Assembly: GCF_006345805.1 (NCBI RefSeq)
Contig: NC_043000.1
Span: 140,926,001-140,990,000 of the forward strand
Reading direction: 5' to 3'
Source of the DNA: Octopus sinensis
Lineage: Eukaryota
DNA length: 64,000 nt
The position numbers and the translations under genes were made by a program. The stretch's first letter is position 1. Each line of letters opens with the position of its first letter. This document shows, piece after piece, positions 24,861 through 38,994 of this stretch. The notes beneath the pieces are model-generated. The model saw nothing but the letters and a program-made list of their open reading frames with translations, was not told the origin of the DNA and searched no databases.

Positions 24861-27121
24861 ACAGCCTAATAGATCACATGTATTATACAGTTACTCTTAT
24901 ACTATAAGTTAGCATCATGGCCGTTGTCGATGCTGGCATGGGTTGGACAGTTTGACCAGGGTTGGTAAGCTGGAGCATATTGAAGGCTGGGAATTAAATA
25001 TATCAGTTAATGATGTGTAAGAGAGAAATTACTAAATTGCTATGAATAAGTGACATAAATGGAAAATGAGTCCTGAGTGAAGGTTTGCTGTATACTGATT
25101 GGGGAATGTAATCATGACATAGTAATTTATGAAGATTAGGTGTCAGTATCAAATCTTTGTTAATCCACAGGAAACAACGCAGAAATAAGAGAGTGGGTTA
25201 GACTCACCAAACCTACTCCTGTATGGAAAATATTTAACTGATAATTCAGATTATTGATAAGGCAATGAAATATGGTTTTAGAAGTTAGTAATAATCACTT
25301 TATTTGTTTCACAGTCATTTTTGTAAGTAAAATGAATTAACTGCAGTATTATAAAACTGTTTTTCTCACTATAGAGACAATGAAATACACCTCTATCAGG
25401 TTAAATATCTAAACATCTGCAATTGTTCATAAGATTAAAGTTTTTCAATTATCTTATGTTTTGTGGTATTTAGTTGCATACCTTTATATCTTGAGTTGAA
25501 ATCCTTTGTATCCTGAGCATAGAAGAATAAAATAAATAGCATCCAAATACTGAGATCATTATTATTGATGTTTCCCTTCTTCCAAATTTGTGGTTTTATG
25601 CTGCTGTTAGAAGTCAATAAGATTGTAGTGTCAAATTTTTTTTTTCTTATTTAAAGGGAAAAAATTTGACAAGTCAGTCAGTCGCCTGCTGACACTTGTT
25701 GAAGCTACATTGAAGAGACCAGGGAACAGAAGAAAGAAGACATGCACCCAACAGCAGAGCTGAAGACACCTCAGAAAGGGGTGGGTGGGCCCGTCACGTC
25801 AAAACAGTAGAGGAGTAGGGGCCGAAACCGGACGTGGTTCCTCCTGATAATGTCTTGAGCTAACTGGATCCTACAAAGGAGCTGTTGTGGTAGCAGACCA
25901 CGAAACATGGTTGGAATTCCTCTGGAGCAGCAGCCTGATCTTAATTGATTAATAGTTATTAATATTTATATCTTCAGTATATTTTAATTAGTTTGATCTT
26001 CACTTGACAACAGCTTTCTTATTCCTGGATGTGCATATTGTACCTGGCAGGGTTTGAACAAAGGATCTTATTTCTAAACTAGGAGTAGTAGCATGATAAC
26101 TAAATAAAATTCTGCTGTGTCTATAAGCTCATATTTAGTAAGTACATGTGTCAATGACCTTAGACATAAAAGCATCATTACTCTTTATTGAGAAAATATA
26201 AGTTCAAATATAGTCTAGACCTATGCCTACAAGAAAGGTGTTCATCCAGTTATTAATATCCCATTTTATTTTTTCAGGTTTTCATTACATTATCATATCC
26301 ATCCTTCTTCTTATAAAATGTGGGTTCTGAATTCAAAGATTTGACTGTTATTTTAGTATGTCAAGTGACCATATAGTGGCCTCTTGGATCAGGATGTTGT
26401 GAATTAAGTACTGTTGATTGGAATATAAAGTAGCACTGGTGACAACATATAAAGCCTTCTTCTGTGGGCTGGTAATCTTCAAATCTCCTGACTTGGTCAC
26501 TTACATCTCCCATAGATTTATTTACTGCCTGAAATACTAGATTACCTCTAAGCCAAAGATCTGTTTAATTGGCACTAACTGGCAATGTGCATCGTCAATA
26601 TCATCAGCACCAGCATTTGTGATATGAGTTATGAAGTTTAAAACAAAACTTCTGCTAAATGGTGAAATCAAAGATAATAACGCTGAACAAGTTCTCGACC
26701 CAAGAACCTATTTTAGGGAAAATTAATGACTTATAATTAAGTGCTGAGTGAAAAAAGTTAATAGCTATAAATAATAGAATGACTTTAAGACTTAAAATGT
26801 CAACAATAATAAGGGTTATAATAATAATAATAATAATAACAACAAAATGACACTACTAAATTTGGTAATGAAAAATCCAATTGTAACAAAATCATGTCCC
26901 TCAAAATCTTGTTATGTAGAAAGATGAAATGAAACTATTGCTGTTATCATATAAATACACACACATATACTATCACACACATACACATGTTCATACAAAT
27001 ACATATGCATTCATTCAATTTTACTTTTTCTAAAAGTCAATCAAGTAAAAGTATTCATTAGAAATATAAAGTTTTGTGTTATTTTTTTAGTAGATTTTAT
27101 GGTTCATAAGTTTTCAGTTGT

Positions 27122-27665
27122 CATAGTCATGGCTGATGCCAGTGTCATGTTACTGGCACTTGTACCAGTCCCACATCAGAGCACCTTTCAAGCTTTGAGC
27201 CTCACGGAGGCAATGTGACCAATGCTGCTGTCATGTAACTAGGACCTGTGCTAGTGGCATGTAAAAAGCATCTTTGGAGCATTGGGACTCATGGAGGAAA
27301 TGTGGCCAATGCTAGTGTCACATAACTAGCACCCGTGTCAGTGGCACATAAAAAGAACCTTTCAAGTATTGGGCCGCACAGAGGCAATGACAAATGACCA
27401 AGACCTTGAGAAGAAGACCCATCAAGCCAAGTGAAATTGTAGTCATCACAGATATTGGTGCCATGCAAGTGGCACTTGTGCCAGTGGCACATGAAAGCAC
27501 CTGTTACACTCTCAGAGTGTTTGGTGTTAAAAAGGGCATCCAGCCATAGAATCGATGCCAAATCAGACTGGGGTCTGGTGCAGACCCTCAGCTTACTAGC
27601 CCTGGTCAAACCTTCCAACCCATGTCAGCATGGGCAATGAATGTTAAATGATGATGATGATGATG
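27122..27665 (+). mobile_element. SINE family C
   Basis: Array plus tail. Confidence 0.75.
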
Positions 27666-28173
27666 TTTGTTGCTGTTGTTATTATTTATGGTGGTGGTGG
27701 TTAAAATAAAACTATGGATGATAACTGTAAAATTAAAGTGTGACTGTTGTTGTTGTTGTTGTTGGATGTTGTAGAACTTCTTCAAAATGATTCCTTAAAT
27801 TGTTTGCACAGCCAGAATTTTCTTTCATAATTCTAAGATTATATAATGTTAGGTTCTTACAATTTTGCCAAAATAATTTTTTTATTGAAATATCCATCTC
27901 TCAATATGTATTTTTTTAAATCATATTTATTTTTACCACTTTGTATACTTAGAAAAAAAATCTCTTTTTTTAGTTTTTGTTTTTTGAGAAAAAATAGTTT
28001 TTGGTAAAATTAGATTCCATTCTTTTATCATTTTAATGTCTGTTTCTTTTCTTTTTACAATTTGCATTAATGGAGTGACCCTTGCCAATAATCAATATGC
28101 TCCAACTTTGTTTCATTATTTCATTGGTTAAGTATTCAAACTAAACTTTAATCCATTTCTTTCAAAGAGGAAA

Positions 28174-28224
28174 ATAATAATAATAATAATAATGATGAGG
28201 ATAACAATAATAATAATGATAAGG

Positions 28225-28255
<31 letters not shown>

Positions 28256-28501
28256 TAATAATAATAATAATAAGTAGAAGAAGAAGAAGTAGAGGAGATA
28301 AACTGAGAAAGATAGGGAGAGAGGTGGAAAGTGAAATTATCATTTGGACTCATCTACTGCATAGACCCACGAGAGAAAAAAAAAGAAAAAAACTCTTGAT
28401 AATGATATTAAAATGACAATGATATATTAATAAAAGTAATAACAACAACAACAACAATAATATTCATGAAATTATTTAAAATACAGTAATAATAATAATA
28501 A

Positions 28502-28573
<72 letters not shown>

Positions 28574-28632
28574 TAATAATAAAAATAATAATAATAATAA
28601 TGATGATAATAATAATAATAATAATAATAAAC
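28174..28632. repeat. (AAT)n microsatellite blocks
   Basis: Blocks at 28174-28272 and 28436-28632. Confidence 0.95.
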
Positions 28633-28984
28633 TAACATCAGCATCAAGAAGAATATGAAACACAAATGGGTCTTGCTTAAAAATACAGAATGTAAATAAT
28701 TTTGAATTTCCTTTCATGAACGAGAGAGTTTTGGCAAATACTGGAACATTTTACCATAAATTATCTATTCATTGCTAAAAAGCTATTCATCTTCTTTCTG
28801 AAAGGCCACTTATTACTGTACAATGTGAAGTAATTCTTTGGACTTTGGGTCTCTCTGTACACAAGATTTGTTGATACAATATATTAATTGGATAAAAATA
28901 GGTATTATTAGGCTAAATGATTGATTTGATATTCTGCTGCCTCATGCCTGAGTATCTGAGAAAACTTGTGTGATGAATAAATTT

Positions 28985-29362
28985 ATGTATGTATGTGTAT
29001 ATATATATATATGTGTGTGTGTATATATACATATATACATATATGTATATACATATATATATATATGTATATATGTATATATATATACATATATATATAT
29101 GTATGTATGTATGTGTGTGTGTCTATATACATATATATATATATATATACAAACATATATATATATATGTGTGTGTCTATATACATATATATATATATAC
29201 AAACATATATATATATATATGTGTGTGTCTATATACATATATATATATATACAAACATATATATATATGTATATATATATATGTGTGTGTGTCTATATAC
29301 ATATATATACATATATATATATGTGTGTGTGTGTCTATATACACATATATATACAAACATAC

Positions 29363-29393
<31 letters not shown>

Positions 29394-29418
29394 CATGTAG
29401 GTACATACACATACACAC

Positions 29419-29455
<37 letters not shown>
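28985..29455. repeat. Compound (TA)n/(TG)n microsatellite
   Basis: Direct inspection. Confidence 0.95.
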
Positions 29456-29456
<1 letters not shown>

Positions 29457-29715
29457 ATAGATATCATTTCAGAAAATATTTGTTTACCAAAATATAATAG
29501 TAAAAGATATCACTAGTAAGGGTTGCAATATACAAATAAACCAATGATTGTAAATGTCTGTGGCAGACGAGGTTATTGTTGTTGATGTTTAGCCTCAGGT
29601 CAGCCCCAATTGATAGAGCTAGTCAAAACATTCCAGCAGTCACAATCCCTTCTCTTTTTTCCTTTTTTTTTTTTTTATTTAAAGTAAATGTATCCTAGGC
29701 TACATTATTCAAAGT

Positions 29716-29988
29716 GTCCTGTCTTCCTTGAAGATGTTTGGGTTTTGATGTAAATAAATTTAGCAGCTCTTCAAGGCAGACTTGTTAGGACCTTAGACAA
29801 AATTCTGTCTGGCCTTCCTTGAAGATGTTATGGTTTTGATGTAAATAAATTTAGCAGCTCTTCAAGGCAGACTTGTTAGGACCTTAGACAAAATTCTGTC
29901 CTGCCTTCCTTGAAGATGTTAGGGTTTTGATGTAAATAAATTTAGCAGCTCTTCAGGGCAGACTTGTTAGGACCTTAGACAAAATTCT
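29716..29988. repeat. 91-bp tandem triplication
   Basis: ccttgaagatg recurs at 29726, 29817 and 29908. Confidence 0.95.
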
Positions 29989-30459
29989 AGGCAATATTTA
30001 TTTTGTTTTAAGTTTTAGTATTACTGGGGTCAACGTTGACTTGCATCTCTTTGGAACCAATTACTAATGTACCAGTCCTATGCTATGGACTGATAAAGTC
30101 TTTATAGCATCAGATAGGATGCTTTGGGGATATTTGTTGTGGTTCTTTATATTCTGAGTTCAAATCCCACACTGATCTACTTGGTCACTGATTCATCCAT
30201 TGTCTGGTTTAACATCACATCCTGATTCTTCAGTTCCTTTAATGATGTCCCACACTGTTGACAGCATTCAGGCCAAGTGTCAATTTTGAGGCTACCTTTC
30301 TCTCTTCTTCCTTCTTGTGCATCAGGGAGATCCTTTAATAAGTCATAGGCTCTGCCATTTCCCCTAAACAAGAATTCAATGAGCATATTGGGCGAAGTTT
30401 CGTTTGTCGTAGCACACGTTTCTGTCGATTTCCGTAAAAAATATAAACACTGAATCGGC

Positions 30460-30505
<46 letters not shown>

Positions 30506-30899
30506 TGCAGACATACATATACACATACACCGAGTAAAAAATTTCAGTTATCTCTCTCTTTCACACATTACTCTGTCTCTTCGCACACACTAACAGAAGC
30601 ACTTCACTTATACAACATACTGTCTGTCTCCCACACCCCATCAAACACACACACACATGTACATCAATGCTTCACATGCACGGTAACTTCAAAAGAACTT
30701 CCATCCTCATACAATCGCTTTCTCTTAGTCTCTTTCGCTCGCATTACTTCAAATATTCCCGCAAAGCCATATGTAAAAAAATAAAAGTTTTTTACGGAAA
30801 TCGATGGAAACGTGTGCTACGACAACCGAAACATCGCCGCATATTGTATTTGGCTTGTACTGGTGGGTAAGGTTACTAGTTTGTGAGGGCCTCATGGAA

Positions 30900-31285
30900 G
30901 CAATGGGACAAATTCTGGTGTCATGTAACTAGCACTCATATTGGTAGTATGTAAAAAGCACCTTTTGAGTATTGGGCCTCACAGAGGCAATGACAAATGA
31001 CTGAGACCTTTGGTAATATGCTGTGCTTGAGTAGGAGACCAATCAAGCGAAGTGCAATTGTAGTCATAGCAGATAGTGGTGTCATGCAACTGGCATCCAT
31101 GCTAGTGGCCCGTAAAAACACCAAATACACTCTTGGAGTGGTTGGCATTAGGAAGAGCATCAGCTGTAGAAACTATACCAAATCAGACTGGAGTCTGGTG
31201 CAGCCCCTCAGCTTGCCAACCCTGATCAAACCATCCAACCCATGCCAGCATGGATAACAGATGTTAAACGATGATGATGATGATG
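30900..31285 (+). mobile_element. SINE family C
   Basis: Array plus tail. Confidence 0.75.
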
Positions 31286-31740
31286 CTTCAGTGAGAAGAA
31301 AAGGACAATATCCATGAGCTTCTTTACAAAACCTCTGTGACTGGTAGGGCGAAATAGGAAGACACCAGGGACCTAGTCCAAATGTGGACTGGAATTTGCT
31401 GAAGGGTCACTTGGACTAAGTTGTAATAGAGATATGGTGCTGGTAGTGGTTGAAGTGGTAGTGGTGGTGCATTTGGTAGTGATCATAGTGCTAGTGATAA
31501 ATAAACTAGCGGACTCAGCCTACCACATATGAGCATCACCATGCTTATTCCCCAATGTTTATTTACATATATCTATCAAAGTAAAAGCTCTAATAATCAA
31601 GCTGCAAAACCTTTTATTGACTAAATTTACAATATGAACAACATCTGAAGCCGTGTTTGTTTATATATATCTTTAAAGTCTTCTTGGTTTACGGACCATT
31701 AGTTTGCAAATAATTACAAATTGTTTTCTTCTCTGTGAAG

Positions 31741-32140
31741 CTCACTTTACTCTTTTACTTGTTTCAGCCATGTGACTGTGGCCATGCTGGAGCACCACCT
31801 TTAGTCGAGCAAATCGACCCCGGGACTTATTCTTTTGTAAGCCTAGTGCTTATTCTATCGGTCTCTTTTGCCGAACCGCTAAGTTACGGGGATGTAAACA
31901 CACCAGCATCGGTTGTCAAGCGATGTTGAAGGGATAAACACAGACACAGAAACACACACACATATATATATACATACAATGGGCTTCTTTCAGTTTCCGT
32001 CTATGAAATCCACTCACAAGGCTTTGGTTGACCCGAGGCTGTAGTAGAAGACACTTGCCCAAGGTGCCACACAGTGGGACTGAACCGGGAACCATGTGGC
32101 TGGTAAGTAAGCTACTTACCACACAGCCACTCCTACGCCT
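31741..32140 (-). mobile_element. tRNA-derived SINE family A
   Basis: Full-length copy; partial copies follow at ~32390-32740. Confidence 0.85.
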
Positions 32141-33200
32141 AGGAGCTCACTTTCTTCAGATCGGTGTTATCATTGCTTTAATGTCCCCTTTTGCATGCTT
32201 GCATAGGCCAGATGGATTTCATTGAGGCAGACAGATTTTCAGTCGCAGAATGTTCTTCCTGTATCAAGCCACGCCTGTTACCAAGTATCATATTATTTCC
32301 TCTTGACATGTTTTCACAAAAGACTGGCAACAAGAGACATCACTTGAATAACAGTGATGCTAGCTTACAAACACACATATATGCATATACATGGCTGTGT
32401 GGTTAGGGAGCTCGCTTCCTAACTACATTGTTTCGGGTTCAGTCCCACTGCGTGACACTTTGGGTAGGTGTCTTCCACTATAGCCCCAAGTCAACCGAAG
32501 CTTTGTGATTGAATTCGGTAGGTGGAAGTTACTGCCATGTGTGTATATGTGTGCGTATAGCTGCTCAGTGCCTCTCCGAAAGAGAGAGAGGGTATGTGTG
32601 TTTCCTTTTTCATCAAATACCCTCACAAAGTTTCGACCTTCCCAGGCTTATATAGAAGATGCTCCCCTAAGGTACCATACTGTGGAACTGAATTTGAAAC
32701 TATGTGATGAAGAAGCACACACCTCACCACACATCCAGATTGACAATACAGAAGAGAATATTTCCATAAACTTTTGGTACAGTTTCTCATTAATTTTGAA
32801 GTTGTAAGCGTTTGGCAAACAATTCTATTTGCCCTCATGTAATGAAACTAAAGCAACTGCATCACCGTTGCTATATCATACATAGACCATTATATTTGTT
32901 TTTGTTTTATTTTGTCATACTATTACACATTATTAAGTATTAATGTCTTTCGTCATACCACTATGGTTTGATATTGATGCTCTAGTAATTAATTTGCAAA
33001 TGTATGTTGAAAGACTTTGATGTTTAAATATATATATAATACTATTGCAAATTAAACAAAACTGAATATACCTATATGTGTAGTTTGAATGCTCTCATGA
33101 CTCTAACATGATGTCATTGTTCACTTTGAATTTTAATTGAGTACTGATGGGAAAATATCTGCCATAGTAGACACTCACTTTTGTTTTATTTAAACCACAT

Positions 33201-33630
33201 AGGTGCAGGAGTGGCTGTGTGGTAGGTAGCTTGCTTACCAACCACATGGTTCCGGGTTCAGTCTCACTGCATGGCACCTTGGGCAAGAGTCTTCTACTAT
33301 AGCCTCGGGCCGACCAAAGCCTTGTGAGTGGATTTGGTCGATGGAAACTGAAAGAAACCCGTCGTATATATGTATATATGTATATATATATATGTGTGTG
33401 CTTGTATGTTTGTGTGTCTGTGTTTGTCCCCCTAGCATTGCTTGACAACCGATGCTGGTGTGTTTATGTCCCCGTCACTTAGCGGTTCGGCAAAATAGAC
33501 CGATAGAATAAGTACTGGGCTTACAAAGAATAAGTCCCGGGGTCGATTTGCTCGACTAAAGGCGGTGCTCCAGTATGGCCGCAGTCAACTGACTGAAACA
33601 AGTAAAAGAGAAAAGAGAGATAAAAGAGAA
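33201..33630 (+). mobile_element. tRNA-derived SINE family A
   Basis: Full-length copy. Confidence 0.85.
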
Positions 33631-34239
33631 GATAGCTGTTTCTAATTATTTAAATTTGGTTGTTACCATCACCATCACCACACACTACCACCACCACCCT
33701 CATCGTTTTATGTCCATTTTCTGTCCTGGTGTGAGTTGATGAAAATAGTCCATAGGTATTCTTTGCTGTTAGGAGTAATTATCTGTTTCATATAATTATA
33801 GTTTCAAATACATGAATATTTTAAAATGTTTTTTTTACATATATACACTGTTTTTTTGTTATAAAACAAGAGTAATTTGATGGTTGTTAGTTTTGTTTGG
33901 TGATCTTAATAAAGCATTTCTTATTATGTAAACCATTTTATTTCCTATGGCAAGAAGAAATTAATATTGTATAAGTTTTAATATGTCATTGAATTATCAC
34001 TAATTGCTTCACTTATATATAGTGTAAGAATATCTGTGTGATTAAAAACTTTGCTTCCCAAACACATGGCTTCTAGTTCAATCTCAAAGCTGACCAAAGA
34101 TTTCTGAGAGGAGCTGGAGAGTGGAGACCAAAGAATTCCATGGTTTATGAATGAATGAATGTATGTATGTATGTATGCATGCATGCATGTGAGCATGTGT
34201 GTGTATGTATGTGTGCATGTATATATGTAAAGGTAGATA

Positions 34240-34375
34240 GATAGATGGATGAATGGATGGATGGATGGATGGATGAATTGATGGATGGATGGATGAATGG
34301 ATGGATGGAAGGGTGGATGGAAGGATGGATGGATGGAAGGATGGATGGATGGATGAATTGATGGATGAATGGATA
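34240..34375. repeat. (GGAT)n microsatellite
   Basis: Direct inspection. Confidence 0.95.
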
Positions 34376-34639
34376 AATGTGCGTATGTGTGTGTGTGGGG
34401 GGATTGGTAAGTGTCTTGACATTGTGAGCATCACCATATATTATCAATGTCATTTGTTTCCAATCTTCTATGAAAATATGCCCTACATTGGGAAAACGTT
34501 ACCTTGCTTGGAAATACGTGAGAGTTGGAGACAAAAAGGGCATCCAGGTGTAGAAAATGTGCCTCAACGAATTCCTCATGACCCATGCAAGTTTGGAAAA
34601 TAGATGTCAAAATGATGATAGATATGAAGATGATGCACT

Positions 34640-34830
34640 AAAAGTAATTGTCACTACTTATATTCATTGCTCGATGTTTTAGGCACTGAGCAATCCCTCT
34701 CTTTATACTGTATGGATGATGGGAGTTGTAGTTGAGGTATCGTCCAGTGAAGGTCGGTTTGCAGTATACAGATGTCCTGACACCATACTTGGTGCGTATT
34801 ATTAATATGTCCAGGAATGCTAGCAATGAA
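34640..34830 (-). pseudogene. Fragment of a second PLE family (RT thumb; Poseidon/Neptune-like)
   Basis: LAFLDILI.R...TSVYCKPTFTGRYLNYNSHHPYSIKRG...RA. Confidence 0.8.
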
Positions 34831-35165
34831 TATAAATAGCGATTGTGATATCCTTCACAATGAAATGATCAAGCTCAGTAACATATAAGATGAGGACAAA
34901 TATCCGTCAAATGTAAATAATGTAAATAATGAAGAAATCACATATTACTAAAGTAATGAAGCTGCAGTGTAGACGCATTTGGCTGTCTCATTGCACCCAC
35001 TTTACAGATCTTTCACTAATTTCATGAAAGAAATTGTTCGACTCTGTGAAGGGTAAATGATTGTGTGAAAGCAAATGTACAAAATATGATGTTGCATGAT
35101 AGAAAAACATGGATTTTTAATGCAGAATTGTATGAAGAAATGAAGTATACATGTTTTTTCTAGAC

Positions 35166-35523
35166 GGCTGTGTGGTAAGTAGCTTGCTAACCGAACACAT
35201 GGTTCCGGGTTCAGTCCCACTGCGTGTCTTCTGCTATAGCCCCGGGCCGACCAATGCCTTGTGAGTGGATTTGGTAGACGGAAACTGAAAGAAGCCCGTC
35301 GTATATATGTGTGTGTGTGTATGTGTGTCTGTGTTTGTCCCCCTAGCATTGCTTGACAACCGATGCTGGTGTGTTTACGTCCCCGTCACTTAGCAGTTCG
35401 GCAAAAGAGACCGATAGAATAAGTACTGGGCTTACAAAGAATAAGTCCCGGAGTCGATTTGCTCGATGAAAGGCGGTGCTCCAGCATGGCCGCAGTCAAA
35501 TGACTGAAACAAGTAAAAGAGTA
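35166..35523 (+). mobile_element. tRNA-derived SINE family A
   Basis: Near full-length copy. Confidence 0.85.
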
Positions 35524-35744
35524 TATAATGTCAATGTGCCTGTGTATCAGAAAACAAGCTGAAAGAGAAACTGGATAAAAGAGAGAACAGATATAGTCGG
35601 GTAAAGAAGGGTTGAGTAATCCAAGTGAAAGGAAATTACAGAATAGAAAAAGAAAGGAAGACATGAGAAGAAATCTTGAAAGCTTTGCAGTAGGTTTAAT
35701 CTGATGAAAGATCACAAGTCATGAAAAGCTGTATTTTTGACAAG

Positions 35745-36000
35745 GCCCATACAACCGATGTGAGCTGCTGCTGCTGTTGTAGTTAAGCAACAAGTCGGGT
35801 AAGGGCGATTAGGTGATGGTCTAGGGCTTAGGGGCGGGAGACCCCAGACCTTGGAAAAAAAAACAAAAAAAAACTTTGGTTGTCTTGTTGTAGTTGAGGG
35901 CTCTTCGTTGATACCCGACACCACTGGGAGGTGGCCCTCGAAGTAGCTGGAAATGGAGATCTCCAGGTTCGAATTCTTGGATGGCTGCTTCTGCTGCTAG
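35745..36000 (-). repeat. ~230-bp LINE-like 3' end with (CAA)n-type tail, copy 1
   Basis: Also found at 51975-52190 and 61440-61645. Confidence 0.65.
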
Positions 36001-38004
36001 TGATAACAACAACAATTACACCTCACCTTTCTAAATAACAAAAAGATATGTATCTCTACTGTCATAGCAAATTTAGCTTTACTTAGATGTTTAGGAGCCA
36101 AAACTTTCCATAGAATGGCACTTACGAGGTTTTCTTTGAACACATAGTTGATTACAAACGTTCAGTTTGTTTCATCGATTTTCCTTGCTTGTATGGGTTA
36201 GATTAATGGTATTACTGATTCCTTGCAAAAAATTTCTCCAACAATCCCATAAGAAAGTACATTCAGTTACTTACTATCAAAATAGTAAAAAATACTTACT
36301 TTTCTGATATTAAATTTTATCAACATCTAATTTACAGTAATTGTGAAGAGTAATTAGATAAGTAGCTGTACCTGCTACAACTGAATTAAACAAAGAGGAA
36401 CAATATTTTGGGTTCAAGATGAAAATAAAATAATAAAATGGTGATTGACAGCACAAGCTTAATTATATATGAAGCATGCAAGTTCCATAGTAATCTTTAT
36501 AAAAATTGTCGGCTAAATAAATCAAATTACATAACGATACAGTAACAATAAGATGGATCTTTCTAGCACAATACCAGTTTAATTCAATAAGTAAAAATAG
36601 TTGGTATGGAACTAAGTTTATGCAAACTTCAGTTCGGAATATTTTAATGGTAAACATAATACATACATTTCAGCCAGAAATATTGTGTATGACAGAATGT
36701 ACTAAAAGTGAATATTAGAAATTTTTATGTGGGAGAAAAAAAACGTTAAAAAAAACTGCATTTGATGTGATTCTGAAAAGAAATATATCACACAATACAG
36801 ACACATGTTTGATTTCCTATTTTAAAAGTATTGTAAGACAGTTATATTATACAATACATCGGAAAGTTTGATATGAAATTTGAAGAGAATTGCATATCTA
36901 AGCAAAAAAAAAAACTGAAATTGTTGTCACAGAGTGAGTTGCAAGTAAAAATTCACAAACAGATTATGAGTTCAAATTCTGCTGAGGTCGACTTTGCCTT
37001 TTATCCTTTTGGGGTTGATAAAATAAGCACCAGTAATCAACTTATTCCTCACCACCACGCACTTACTAGCCTTGTGCCAAACATGATAGTGGACAAAAAC
37101 TGATACAAAGACACACACACACACATATATATATAGACATATAGAAGTATGTGTGTGTTTGTGTGCATATACTTGACTGGCTTCTTTCAGTTTCCATCGG
37201 CCAAACCCACTCGAAAATGTTTGGTCTGCCCAAGGCTGTTTTAGAATACACCTGCCCAAGGTGCTAATGAGTGGGAGTGAACCTGGAACCAGTGAAAGAT
37301 ATAATTATATAGTCTAAAATAAACAAACAAGCTATTCAGGCAAACTTAATAATTATCTTTGTTTACAATTGAAAACAAATAAACACTTAAAAGGCAATTA
37401 AGTTTTTCTTACATCATATATCAATGTTAGCAATAATTAACTGCAATTCCTTGCACTTACACACACACACACACGTGCATGTATCACTTATTTTCCTTAG
37501 TAGCTAATTTACTCATGTTCGCTGTGTTTCCTTGATTATTTCTTCAATTGTTTCTTTATCTGTTTTATTTGTAATCAATTTCCCGTCTTTACTTTTTAAC
37601 TCTGTTACCCTATCTTCTTCCTTCTGCGTCATTTCTTTACTGATAACTACTTGACACAATTTTTTTATGCTGTTAGATTGCCTCATGGTTTGTTCTTTAT
37701 TCATGATTTTTTAATAGATTCTGAATTCAAGATTTTTCACATTCTCGACTAATTTCCTGAAGATAGCTACAGGTGCTACTGAGAGCAAAACAAGCCTCCA
37801 TTTAGATACTTTCCCTTTGATTCCTGTTTAACTAAATTGTGTGTATGTATATGTGTGTGAGCGTGCGTGTGTGTGTGTGTTTGTGTGTGTGAGTGTGTGT
37901 ATGAGTGTGTGTGTGAATGTGTGTGTGTGAATGTGTGTGAGTTTGTGTGGGTTTGTGCGAGCTTGTGCATGCATGTGTGTGTGTGTGTGTGTGTGTGTGA
38001 GCGC

Positions 38005-38222
38005 AAGGCGGTGAGCTGGCAGAATTGTGAGCATATTGGTCAAAATTCATAGTGACATTTTGTCCATCTCTATGTTCTGAATTCAAATTCTGTCACAGTC
38101 AATTTTGCATTTCATCCTTTTGGGGTCAATAAAAAAGGTACCAGCTGAGCATGAGGTTGATCTAATTGACCTACTCTTACCCCCAACCCCAAATTGTTGG
38201 CTTCGTGCCAAAACTTGAAAGC
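38005..38222 (+). mobile_element. SINE family B, alternative tail
   Basis: Same head and core, different 3' end (also at ~1905-2060, - strand). Confidence 0.7.
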
Positions 38223-38553
38223 TATATGTGTGGGGACGGGATGGGGAATAATTATGGATTAGAAGGCCATTGGTATATTTACACTAAATCACCAAGAAAT
38301 TTTAAATGATTAAAACTACACACTAAGCAAAAAAAAAAAAAAAAAGAGAATCATTACCGCAATATCTAATTCTGTTTAACACATGTCAGGAAGATAATTC
38401 TAGAGTTGAAATTAATCAGAACTAAAGCTGGATACAGTGGCAGGGAGTCATTCTTGCTTTGTAAACAAGCTATTTGATCACATCATTATGATTTTAAATA
38501 AGTATGTGTGTGAGTGTGTTTGGTGGTGGTGGTGGATGTTTGTACATATATAT

Positions 38554-38746
38554 ATCATCATCATCGTTTAACGTCCGTTTCCCATGCTAGCATGGGTTGG
38601 ACGGTTCGACTGGAGTCTGGGAAGCCAGGAGGCTGCACCAGGGTCCAGTCTGATCTGGCAGTGTTTCTACAGCTGGATGCCCTTCCTAACGCCAACCACT
38701 CCGTGAGTGTAGTGGGTGCTTTTTACAGGCCACTAACACAGGTGCC
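38554..38746 (-). mobile_element. SINE family C, truncated, flanking the PLE
   Basis: Family C tail. Confidence 0.75.
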
Positions 38747-38951
38747 TATATATATGTATATACATATATATAATAATAAATATTAGGGAATAAATCCAAA
38801 TTTACAGGGAAAAAAATCAGATTTAGGATTAAATCCAATTTTATAGTAAAATATTATAAAATATTATTAGAGACAAAACCACTATTTTGCAAAACAAACA
38901 AGGAAAGACTTAATCAATACATAAAATTTTAATAAATAGTCAAAAAAACCG

Positions 38952-38994
38952 CCACTACAATCGTTTCTTGTCTTGATCGACAATCTTCAGGTGG
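38952..38994 (-). ncRNA. Minimal type I hammerhead ribozyme (PLE-associated), left arm
   Basis: Exact reverse complement of 47380-47422. Confidence 0.85.

Noticed and set aside
26278-26320. Strong splice acceptor ttttcag
   Set aside because: Lies within an old, diffuse SINE-like repeat and has no convincing exon.
35701-35740. CTGATGA...GAAA motifs here and at ~57226 and ~49787
   Set aside because: No stem I and no credible stem II/III, so chance matches.
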